In this document: piece by piece, positions 40,722 through 49,165 of the stretch
Position numbering within the stretch: the first letter of the stretch is position 1
How the letters are laid out: every line of letters begins with the position of its first letter
Assembly (NCBI GenBank): GCA_965195285.1
Contig: CBDAFS010000031.1
Coordinates: forward strand, 1-64,000
Source: an uncultured Aminicenantes bacterium
GTDB lineage: Bacteria > Acidobacteriota > Aminicenantia > UBA2199
Direction: 5' to 3'
Length of the DNA: 64,000 nt
Notes under the pieces: generated by a model
What the model saw: the letters and a program-made list of their open reading frames with translations, nothing else
Databases searched by the model: none
What the model was told of the DNA's origin: nothing
Made by a program: the position numbers and the translations under genes

Positions 40722-40761
40722 ATTTTTGAGTTTATTCATCTGCCTCTTTTTCCTTAAGGGG

Positions 40762-41742
40762 TCAAATCTGTGTTTGACGTTTCAGACACAAGCTTTTAAG
40801 TTCTTCAACCTTCTGTCTGAAGACAGTATCCTTCTCCATCCCTTTTTTTATACCTCTGAGGACGGTACTGACCGAACTGTGGGCATTTAAAAAATAATCT
40901 TTTCCCAATTGCTCCAAGGTGTTATTCCGCAAAGATCTCGATAAATAAATTGCCACATCCCTCGGTTCATTAAAGGATCTTCTCTTGTCAATGCAAAGGC
41001 TTTTCCTGGGGATGTTATAATGTTTACAAACTACATCCATTATATGATCAAGATCTGGAGATAAAATTGAGGATTCAGGAATCTCCTTATCCCTTTTCTC
41101 CTGATAATATTTCTCTTTCATGGAAAGGACAAATTCGTCAGAACCAAAAAATGATGGCCATCTTTTACCTTCAAGGAGTTTTATAATCTCTTTTTTGTCC
41201 TCCTGGCCCATAAATTTTTTATAAGTAACCAGCTGGTTCTTTTTATTATTTGAAAAAATTGATAACATAAAATCCTTATACAACCAATTCCAATCCTTGG
41301 ATTTTGAGATATACCCTAGGTGACTACTCCACTCAAAATCATCAATATGTTTGACCAGTTTTGCCCGAAGGGGATTTCTGTGGATATACCGCAACAGCTG
41401 CATTAGATAGCTATCTCCCTCAACCAGGATCGATTTATAACGACCCTTGAATAACTGTCCTTCACAACTATTAATTTTATTAAACCTCTGGGTATACACG
41501 CCATTGACATGCCGCATAAATCGACTCAGGTTTCCTTTTGGTGTATTGATCAGTAAATGGTAATGATTGGACATTAAACAAAAGGCTGCAATATTGACTG
41601 TCCATAAATCTGAGGCTTCGAGTAATAATTCAACAAAGATATGGTAGTCCTTTTTTTTAAAAAAGATCTCTTCAGATCTTCTCCCCCTGTTCATGACATG
41701 ATACCAGGCTCTAGCGTATTCAATTCTTAATGGTCGACTCAT
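40762..41742 (-). CDS. REP-associated tyrosine transposase-like (Y1 HUH) with C-terminal DnaA-domain-IV-like HTH
   Basis: MSRPLR, YHVMNRG, LMSNHYHL (HUH), LFKGRYKS, RYIHRNP (catalytic Tyr), WSS; tail VCKHYNI...PRDVAIYLSR...LEQLG...HSSVS. Confidence 0.9.
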   Translation of the reverse strand: MSRPLRIEYARAWYHVMNRGRRSEEIFFKKKDYHIFVELLLEASDLWTVNIAAFCLMSNHYHLLINTPKGNLSRFMRHVNGVYTQRFNKINSCEGQLFKGRYKSILVEGDSYLMQLLRYIHRNPLRAKLVKHIDDFEWSSHLGYISKSKDWNWLYKDFMLSIFSNNKKNQLVTYKKFMGQEDKKEIIKLLEGKRWPSFFGSDEFVLSMKEKYYQEKRDKEIPESSILSPDLDHIMDVVCKHYNIPRKSLCIDKRRSFNEPRDVAIYLSRSLRNNTLEQLGKDYFLNAHSSVSTVLRGIKKGMEKDTVFRQKVEELKSLCLKRQTQI

Positions 41743-41748
41743 GAAAAA

Positions 41749-41777
41749 ACTGTATCAAACTCTACCTGAAAAGTCAA
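41749..41777 (-). promoter_or_regulatory. Putative transposase promoter with -35 inside the inverted repeat
   Basis: Minus strand TTGACT-17 nt-TACAGT, 6 nt before the ATG. Confidence 0.5.
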
Positions 41778-41787
41778 TCACAGATTT

Positions 41788-41819
41788 GACCCCTTTTTTG
41801 TTCGACCCCTTTTTTGTTC
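41788..41819 (+). repeat. Exact 16-bp tandem duplication GACCCCTTTTTTGTTC x2 at the element end
   Basis: 41788-41803 is identical to 41804-41819. Confidence 0.85.
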
Positions 41820-41984
41820 ACCCTGATAGACCAATAACACCTGTCACCCACATTTCAGCCTCCAGCTCCCTGCCCCCAGACAAAACCAGTTCAAGGTTAT
41901 TTTTTTTTACCTTTACCTTAACCTTTACCTGAGTATTGAAAAAAAAGTGAATTGGTGGTAAAAAATAAGATGATTGGATTGGAG

Positions 41985-43022
41985 ATGACACGATTTGAGT
42001 TTTTGACCGGAATACTGGGTTCGGCAGCGATATTTTTAATGCCCTGGGCCGGATTCTCAGAGCTTAAAAAAGATAAGCAGGGGAAAACCGCTTACCTCTA
42101 TGATGAGGTTTATCTGGAGCATGAAACCGGCGGATTTCACCCGGAGCGGCCCGAGCGCCTCATGGCCATCAACAAAATGGTTGAAAATTCCGGGTGGAAT
42201 AAAGATTTGCTGAAATTACAGGCCCGGGTGGCCGACCCGGACACCATTGCCCGTGTCCACGAACAGGAATATATTGACAGAGTCAAGCGGGAGTGTGAAG
42301 CCGGCTATGGCGGATTGTCCACCGGCGATACCACCATTTGCCGGGAAAGTTATTCGGTGGCCCTGAAGGCAGTTGGCGGGGTGCTGAATACGGTGGATGC
42401 GGTGATGGATGGGAAAGCCAAAAATGCCTTCTGTGCGGTTCGCCCGCCCGGACATCATGCCGGCCAGAAACAGGGGATGGGATTCTGCGTGTTCAACAAC
42501 ATTGCCATTGCCGCCCGTTATGCCCAGAAAAAATATGGCCTGGAGCGGGTATTGATCGCTGACTGGGATGTGCATCACGGCAATGGTACCCAGGATATTT
42601 TTTATGAGGATCCAACGGTTTTTTACATGAGCAGTCACCAGTATCCCTGGTACCCGGGAACCGGTCACTTCAGTGAAACCGGTTCGGGCCCGGGAAAGGG
42701 ATTTACCATGAACCGGCCCTTTCCGGCCGGGTCCGGTAATAAAGAGATCATCAATGTCTATCAGAATGATTTGATAAGCGCTGCCAGGGAATTCAAGCCC
42801 CAGCTAACCCTCATCTCGGCCGGTTTTGATTCACGGGCCGGAGATCCACTGGGGAATCTATTGCTGGATGATCAGGGGTTCAGGGAATTAACCCGGATCA
42901 TGCTGGAGATTGCTAACATCAGCGGGAAGGGCAGGCTGGTTTCCATTCTGGAGGGCGGCTATAGCCTGGAGGGCCTGTCACTGGGCATCCAGGCTCACCT
43001 GGATGAATTATCAAGAGCGTAG
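41985..43022 (+). CDS. Zn-dependent histone deacetylase-family amidohydrolase with N-terminal export-like leader
   Basis: HPERPERL, RPPGHHA, GFC.FNN, DWDVHHGNGTQ, SAGFD, LEGGY; start uncertain (41952-41985). Confidence 0.9.
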   Translation: MTRFEFLTGILGSAAIFLMPWAGFSELKKDKQGKTAYLYDEVYLEHETGGFHPERPERLMAINKMVENSGWNKDLLKLQARVADPDTIARVHEQEYIDRVKRECEAGYGGLSTGDTTICRESYSVALKAVGGVLNTVDAVMDGKAKNAFCAVRPPGHHAGQKQGMGFCVFNNIAIAARYAQKKYGLERVLIADWDVHHGNGTQDIFYEDPTVFYMSSHQYPWYPGTGHFSETGSGPGKGFTMNRPFPAGSGNKEIINVYQNDLISAAREFKPQLTLISAGFDSRAGDPLGNLLLDDQGFRELTRIMLEIANISGKGRLVSILEGGYSLEGLSLGIQAHLDELSRA

Positions 43023-43045
43023 TAAGTCATTTTATTTAAAGCAAA

Positions 43046-44980
43046 ATGAAAAAAATTTCCTGGCTCATTATTCTCCTGATTTTACTGAATTTCATTTTAT
43101 ATTCATCTGAAAAACCTAATGAAAAAAGAGTCGTTTCGGTAGGGATTTGTCTGGATGAGGAATGTCAGGAATTAAGCAAATGGGATTTTTTGAGAGACAT
43201 GATTAATGAGGTGTCAAAAGATTTTGAAAAAGATTTTGCCATCGTATTATCTCCTGAAAAATATCAGCCCTGGAAAAGTAATAATAAATTTCATTCCCTG
43301 GACTTACTTTTTCAATCTTTTATTAGAAAAGTCACTAAAAAAAATTTTAATATTGTTTTAGGATTTACAAATCAGGAAGGTATTCAGGGAAGTTACGGGA
43401 TATCCCTTTATCAAGAGGCCTATATCCTTGTCCGGTTTTTAGAAGACAGAACATTTTTAAAAAAAGTATTAATGCACGAAATGTGTCATCTTTTTGGTGC
43501 TACTCATGTGGATGACGAAAAAGACTTGATGGATAGGTTTCTGAGAGGAACAGAACTGGGGCAGGAAAATAAAAAAATCATTGATCTGCATAGAGAGAGA
43601 AATTTTAAGAATATTGGGTTTCCTCTGCCCAGGGAAGAATTTACAAAATTGATTGAACTGTATAATAAAATTGCCATTTCGAATGAATTGCTAAAAAACA
43701 GTAAACTGCCTTCAACCAAGAGGAGACAGCTGCGAAAGAAGCTGAATTTTTTACCGTCAATAAAATCAACATTACAAGAGGTTCAAAAAGTTTATTCAGG
43801 TCTGGAGGATGTTTATATTTATCTGGTTTTTATATTTATTGAAATGGAAAGATACGATGAGGCATTAAATACCTGTGAGAAAGCCTTGAGAATCAATCCC
43901 GATCTGAATGAAGTTTATAATCTGATGGGAATTGCCTCTCGAAGAAGTGGCAAAATAAATAGAGCTATTCAGTATTATAAGAAGGTTCTGAAAAGCAGGC
44001 CTGATTATCCGAAAGTACATTATAACCTTGGAATCGCTTATATGAAAAGAGGGGATGTAGACTTAGCCGTCTCAGCATATAAAAAGGCTATTGGTTTAAA
44101 TCCCAATTTTGCCGATCCCTGGAACAATCTTGGTTATATTGATCTTGAGAAAGGAAGGCTGGATCAAGCCCTTGAGAAATTTAAGAAGGCCATTGACCTG
44201 AATCCTTTTTTCCCTCTGGCCTATTCCAATCTTGCCGAAGGATTATTAAGAAAAGGACAGGTTGATATTGCATTAGAGAAAGTAAAAAAAGCATTGACAC
44301 TGGATTCTCGATTACCCGGTCCTCATAATATTTTGGGAAAGATCTATTCTGCAAAAAAAGAATTCCATAAAGCTGAAAAAGAATATAAAATAGCCATATC
44401 ACTAAAGCCCAGTTATTATAAAGCCTACTTCAATTTGGGCAATATCTGTTTTAAAAAAAGCCAGCTATCTCAAGCCCGTAAATATTTTCAGAAGTCTATT
44501 GATATTTCTCCCCGATTCGGTCAAGCGTATGCTGGCCTGGGGGATTGTTTTCTTAAAGAAGGACATCTGGATCAGGCGGAAAGAAAATTCAAAAGAGCCG
44601 TCAACCTGGGGTATAAAACAGCCCAGGTCTATTTGAATCTCAGTTTCATAAAAATAAAAAAGAAGGATTATGATGGGGCCATTCATTACGGGAACCTGGC
44701 CAGGACCGATTTCCCCGGGCATGAAAAAGTACACCAGAATCTGGGTATCGCCTATTTCCTGAAGGGAATGTTGCCTCAGGCCGAACAGGAGTTCAAAGAT
44801 GTGCTTCGCTTAAATCCGAAACATGCCGATATGCATAAAAATCTAATGATGCTTTATTTATTAAAAAAAGACTATAATATGGCAGGCCAATACCTGGAAA
44901 AATACGAGAAACTGGGTTTTCAGGTGAATGAAGAATTGAAAAATGAAATATTGAGATATAAAAAAGAGCAAGAAAAATAA
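43046..44980 (+). CDS. Exported metzincin (M12/reprolysin-like) metalloprotease fused to TPR array
   Basis: Signal peptide, HEMCHLFGATH (HExxHxxGxxH) plus Met-turn DLMD, about 10 TPRs. Confidence 0.82.
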   Translation: MKKISWLIILLILLNFILYSSEKPNEKRVVSVGICLDEECQELSKWDFLRDMINEVSKDFEKDFAIVLSPEKYQPWKSNNKFHSLDLLFQSFIRKVTKKNFNIVLGFTNQEGIQGSYGISLYQEAYILVRFLEDRTFLKKVLMHEMCHLFGATHVDDEKDLMDRFLRGTELGQENKKIIDLHRERNFKNIGFPLPREEFTKLIELYNKIAISNELLKNSKLPSTKRRQLRKKLNFLPSIKSTLQEVQKVYSGLEDVYIYLVFIFIEMERYDEALNTCEKALRINPDLNEVYNLMGIASRRSGKINRAIQYYKKVLKSRPDYPKVHYNLGIAYMKRGDVDLAVSAYKKAIGLNPNFADPWNNLGYIDLEKGRLDQALEKFKKAIDLNPFFPLAYSNLAEGLLRKGQVDIALEKVKKALTLDSRLPGPHNILGKIYSAKKEFHKAEKEYKIAISLKPSYYKAYFNLGNICFKKSQLSQARKYFQKSIDISPRFGQAYAGLGDCFLKEGHLDQAERKFKRAVNLGYKTAQVYLNLSFIKIKKKDYDGAIHYGNLARTDFPGHEKVHQNLGIAYFLKGMLPQAEQEFKDVLRLNPKHADMHKNLMMLYLLKKDYNMAGQYLEKYEKLGFQVNEELKNEILRYKKEQEK

Positions 44981-45100
44981 AATAGGTTTTGAAAAAAACC
45001 AATTATTGCCTATTTTTTGACATCAGATTTTTCATATGTTATATCTTTAAGTAATAAATATGGAGTTATATGATCTGATTCATCCCTGGGTAAACAAAGA

Positions 45101-46060
45101 ATGAAAATCAAAGAAATAAAAGATATCAATCCCGGGCAATTCATTGATCAGAAGATCAGAGAAACACATTCTTTTGTGGGAGATGCCCTGGCCATCAATA
45201 CCCTTTCCGGAGGTGTGGATTCGGCAGTGGTCACCATGCTGGGTTATCGGGCCCTGGGAGAGCGGTTGAAAACCTTTTTTATCGATACCGGATTGATGCG
45301 AAAGGATGAGCCCCAACAGGTGGTTTCAACCTTTAAAAAATTAGGGATTCACGTTCAGGTTGTTCAGGCCCAGGATCAAATCTTTTCCGCTCTGAAGGGT
45401 TTGAAGGATCCGGAAGAGAAACGGGCTACCATCACTCATATTTTTTACAAAGAAATTTTCGGAAAATTGATCAGGGAAAGCGGAGCCAAATTTTTACTCC
45501 GGGGCACCAATTATACCGATGTGGAGGAAACTGTTGCCGGTTTGAAACACCAGCAAGAAGTACTGGAACAGCTGGGGATTGATACCGAAGAGGTCTACGA
45601 ATACAAGGTGATCGAACCCCTGATTCAGATCCGAAAACCATTGGTTCGTAAAGTCTGCCGTACTCTGGGCATGCCCGCAGCCATCCATTCCCGCCCCTCT
45701 TTTCCGGCACCGGGACTGGCAGCCAGGATTTTGGGTGAAATCACTCCGGACAAAGTTGACCTGGTCCGGGAAGCCAATAGAATTGTGGAAACATTTTTAT
45801 CCGCAACCGGAGCGTTTCAATATATGGCCATCCTACACAATGACTGGGTAACCGGAGTAAAAAAGGGAAAGCGTTATCCCGGCTGGCAAATTGAAATCAG
45901 GTGCTGGGATAGCAAGGATGCACTGTCAGGGGTTCCCTTCAGATTGAACCAGACACTCCTGCTGGAGATGTCGGATAAAATAATAGCCGAAGTGCCGGGA
46001 GTGGTCAGTGTGTTATACAATATCACCAGAAAGCCACCCTTAACCATTGAGGCTGTATAA
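45101..46060 (+). CDS. GMP synthase subunit B-like ATP pyrophosphatase (no GATase domain), divergent
   Basis: SGGVDS PP-loop, IDTGLMRKDE, DPEEKR, IEPL, FPAPGLAARILG, YNITRKPPLTIE. Confidence 0.8.
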   Translation: MKIKEIKDINPGQFIDQKIRETHSFVGDALAINTLSGGVDSAVVTMLGYRALGERLKTFFIDTGLMRKDEPQQVVSTFKKLGIHVQVVQAQDQIFSALKGLKDPEEKRATITHIFYKEIFGKLIRESGAKFLLRGTNYTDVEETVAGLKHQQEVLEQLGIDTEEVYEYKVIEPLIQIRKPLVRKVCRTLGMPAAIHSRPSFPAPGLAARILGEITPDKVDLVREANRIVETFLSATGAFQYMAILHNDWVTGVKKGKRYPGWQIEIRCWDSKDALSGVPFRLNQTLLLEMSDKIIAEVPGVVSVLYNITRKPPLTIEAV

Positions 46061-46095
46061 ACCGTTCGGTACGGCCCCAAAGATAGGAGGTAAAC

Positions 46096-47883
46096 ATGGT
46101 CAAAGGCATTCAGAATAAATATCTACAGATTGATCTCGACAACCGAACCTTCCGGTCCGGAACTCCACCCGGGGATCTTTTTCCCCAATTTTTAGGAGGA
46201 AAAGGCGCGGGATTGAAAGTCATGATGGATCTGGGGCTGACCTCAGAAGATCCATTCGGGGCAGGTAATCCCCTCATATTTGTGACCGGCCCTTTTACCG
46301 GGACACCGGTTCAGACATCGGCCCGCTCTGCCCTGGTCACCATGTCACCGTTGACCGGAACCTTTCTGGACAGCCATGTGGGTGGCCATTTCGGCCCCAT
46401 GATCAAGAGAGCGGGATATGACTATGTGGTCATAACCGGAAAGAGTGAACACCCGGTTTATCTCTATTTCACTCCGGATGGGGTGGTATTTGAGGATGCC
46501 GCATCCCTCTGGGGCCGGGGTATATTTGAAACCGAAAAGCAGTTAAAATCCAGATACCCAAAGAGCCGGATCGCTTCTATAGGGCCGGCCGGAGAAAACA
46601 AAGTACGCTTTGCCTGTATCGGTACCGATTACTACCGGCAGTTCGGCAGGGGAGGGGCCGGAGCGGTAATGGGATCAAAAAACCTCAAAGCCGTGGTGTT
46701 TGAGGGCAATGAAAAAGTTGATTTTTTCGACCGCGACAAATTTACGGAACTCAACACCCGTCTGACCAATGATGTCATGCAGCATCCCAACCGGGCCAAA
46801 AGATTTGATCTGGGCACCAACATGTGGATACGCATGGCCCAGGAAGATGGTCATTTTCTGCCTACCCGGAATTTTCAGGATGTTCACTTTGAGGATTATG
46901 AAAATATTACCTCTGAAGCAATGAAGAAAAAACTGAACTGGAAGAGTGTGGGCTGTTTTAATTGTGTTATTCAATGTTCCAAAATGGCTACTTGGAAGGG
47001 TTTTGAACTGGAGGGTCCTGAATACGAAACCACCGCTTATCTGGGATCCGGCTGTGGTATTGGTGATGCCGAAGCAGTGGCCCAGGCCAATTATCTTTGC
47101 GATGATCTGGGGTTGGATACCATTTCCGCCGGGGTGGTTACTTCTTTTGTCATGGAGGCCTTTGAAAAGGGTATTCTCTCCCCCCAGGATTGTGATGGAC
47201 TTGAACTGAAATTCGGGAATGCCCAGGCCCAGGTTTCATTGTTGAAAAAAATAGCCAGCAGGGATGGTATCGGGGATATTCTGGCCGAGGGAACTCGGAT
47301 CGCTTCCCGGCATATCGGAAAGGGAAGTGAGTATTTTGCTATCCAGACTGCGGGGATGGAGCTGTCAGGGGTGAACATCAAGGGATGTGCCTCAATGGGA
47401 TTGACCCTGGCCACTTCGGATTTCGCCAGTCATACCCGGTTCTGGTCTGCCTCGGATGAGATGGCCGGTAATTTGACCTTTGAAAACACACCGGAATATG
47501 TCATGAAAGGCCAGGATGAGGTTAATGCCCGAAACTCTTTGATCATATGTGATTTTCTGCCTTTCGGATTTGATCGCCTGGTTCCGATTTACGAGAGTCT
47601 GACCGGGATCAAGGTGGATGAGTCCCGTTTGATGGAGATCGGGGAAAAGATTTCCAATATCACCCGGATGATCAATATCCGGAACGGAAGAACCCGGAAA
47701 GATGATACGCTGCCCCAGCGGTTTTTCAAAGAGGAGCACCTGGCAGGAATCTTCAAGGGGAAATATATGTCTATGGAAATTTTCGATCAATGGCTGGATA
47801 TGTATTACCAGGCCAGGGGATGGGACCCAAAAGGGATTCCCACAGATGCCAAGTTGAAAGAACTGGATTTAGATCATTTTTAA
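46096..47883 (+). CDS. Tungsten/molybdenum aldehyde:ferredoxin oxidoreductase family protein
   Basis: SPLTG, GGHFGP, SIGPAGE, GRGGAGAVMGSKNLKA, CFNCVIQC, PEYET, DDLGLDTIS, DDTLPQRF, YYQARGWD..GIP. Confidence 0.95.
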   Translation: MVKGIQNKYLQIDLDNRTFRSGTPPGDLFPQFLGGKGAGLKVMMDLGLTSEDPFGAGNPLIFVTGPFTGTPVQTSARSALVTMSPLTGTFLDSHVGGHFGPMIKRAGYDYVVITGKSEHPVYLYFTPDGVVFEDAASLWGRGIFETEKQLKSRYPKSRIASIGPAGENKVRFACIGTDYYRQFGRGGAGAVMGSKNLKAVVFEGNEKVDFFDRDKFTELNTRLTNDVMQHPNRAKRFDLGTNMWIRMAQEDGHFLPTRNFQDVHFEDYENITSEAMKKKLNWKSVGCFNCVIQCSKMATWKGFELEGPEYETTAYLGSGCGIGDAEAVAQANYLCDDLGLDTISAGVVTSFVMEAFEKGILSPQDCDGLELKFGNAQAQVSLLKKIASRDGIGDILAEGTRIASRHIGKGSEYFAIQTAGMELSGVNIKGCASMGLTLATSDFASHTRFWSASDEMAGNLTFENTPEYVMKGQDEVNARNSLIICDFLPFGFDRLVPIYESLTGIKVDESRLMEIGEKISNITRMINIRNGRTRKDDTLPQRFFKEEHLAGIFKGKYMSMEIFDQWLDMYYQARGWDPKGIPTDAKLKELDLDHF

Positions 47884-47938
47884 TGATATGTGTCATCGCC
47901 TGTGTTGATAATGAATCGCTTAGAAAAGGAGGAATCGA

Positions 47939-49120
47939 ATGAAAAAGGCCCATAATCGGCTGGCCAACCGCATCCAGCACCTGGAGCCGGAAGGTGCCTA
48001 TGAGATGCTGGCCCGGGCCCAGCAACTGGAATCAGAAGGGCGGAAAATCATTCATCTTGAAATCGGTCAACCGGATTTCCAGACTTTTACCAATATCGGG
48101 ATTTCAGGGATCCGTGCCATTGCCAACGGGCAGACCCGCTATACCCCTTCGGCCGGAATTCCCGAATTAAAAAAGGAAATTGCCCGGTATACCGCTTCCC
48201 GGATAGGTATTCCGTTAACAGCAGATCAGGTGGTGGTGGGACCCGGTGCCAAACCACTACTTTTCTTTCCCATGATGGCCATTCTGGAACCGGGCGATGA
48301 AGCCATATATCCGGATCCGGGATTTCCCAGCTACCGGGCCATCATCGAAACCATGGGAGCTACACCAATACCGATTTCCTTGAAAGAGGAATCCGGTTTT
48401 TCTTTTGATATGGATGTGTTTTTGAAGCAGGTCAATGAGAATACCCGGCTGGTGATTATCAATTCCCCTTCAAATCCCACCGGAGGCATTATTCCCGAGC
48501 ATGACCTGAAGCGTATCGCCGATATGGCCATTGAATATGATTTCTGGGTTTTATCCGATGAAATTTATACCCGGCTGGTTTATTCCTCGGAGCCCATTCT
48601 GAGTATTGCCTCAATGCCGGGCATGAATGAGCGTACGATTATCATGGATGGATTTTCCAAAACCTATGCCATGACCGGCTGGCGACTGGGTTACGGGCTG
48701 ATGCCTGAAGATTTGGCCCGGAAGGTGGGATTGCTGTTAACCCATTCTGTGGGCTGTACCGCTTCCTTTACCCAGATAGCCGGTATTGAAGCTTTAATTG
48801 GACCCCAGCAACAGGTAGAAGAAGTACGCCAGCTGTTTCAGAAGCGGCGGGATGTGATTGTGAGCGGATTGAATAATATTCCCGGAATAGAGTGCCAGAA
48901 TCCCCAGGGGGCTTTTTATGTGTTTCCCAATATTAAAAGTTTTGACCGGTCTTCAAAAGAATTGGCTGATTTTCTGTTAAATGAGGCCGGAGTGGCCGTG
49001 CTGCCCGGAACGTCTTTTGGAGACCTGGCTGAGGGTTATCTGCGGCTGTGTTATGCCAATTCGATTGAGAACATCGAAAAGGCCCTGGCTCTGATCGAAC
49101 AGGCAGTGAAAAAACTTTGA
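47939..49120 (+). CDS. PLP-dependent class I/II aminotransferase (aspartate aminotransferase-like)
   Basis: GQPDF, INSPSNPTG, SDEIY, GFSKTYAMTGWRLG, GAFYVF, YLRL. Confidence 0.94.
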   Translation: MKKAHNRLANRIQHLEPEGAYEMLARAQQLESEGRKIIHLEIGQPDFQTFTNIGISGIRAIANGQTRYTPSAGIPELKKEIARYTASRIGIPLTADQVVVGPGAKPLLFFPMMAILEPGDEAIYPDPGFPSYRAIIETMGATPIPISLKEESGFSFDMDVFLKQVNENTRLVIINSPSNPTGGIIPEHDLKRIADMAIEYDFWVLSDEIYTRLVYSSEPILSIASMPGMNERTIIMDGFSKTYAMTGWRLGYGLMPEDLARKVGLLLTHSVGCTASFTQIAGIEALIGPQQQVEEVRQLFQKRRDVIVSGLNNIPGIECQNPQGAFYVFPNIKSFDRSSKELADFLLNEAGVAVLPGTSFGDLAEGYLRLCYANSIENIEKALALIEQAVKKL

Positions 49121-49165
49121 GACAGAAAACCGCTAAATTTAAATGATAAAAACAAGGAGGAATGA

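Larger units (their letters stand above)
40756..41795 (-). mobile_element. HUH/Y1 (RAYT-like) transposable element bounded by 23-bp inverted repeats
   Basis: Left AAGGGGTCAAATCTGTGTTTGAC (40756-40778) vs reverse complement of right end AAGGGGTCAAATCTGTGATTGAC (41773-41795), 22/23 identical, enclosing one transposase ORF. Confidence 0.8.

Noticed and set aside
41907-41930. Four tandem TWACCT hexamers next to the transposon
   Set aside because: Real but short and low-complexity; no function can be supported.
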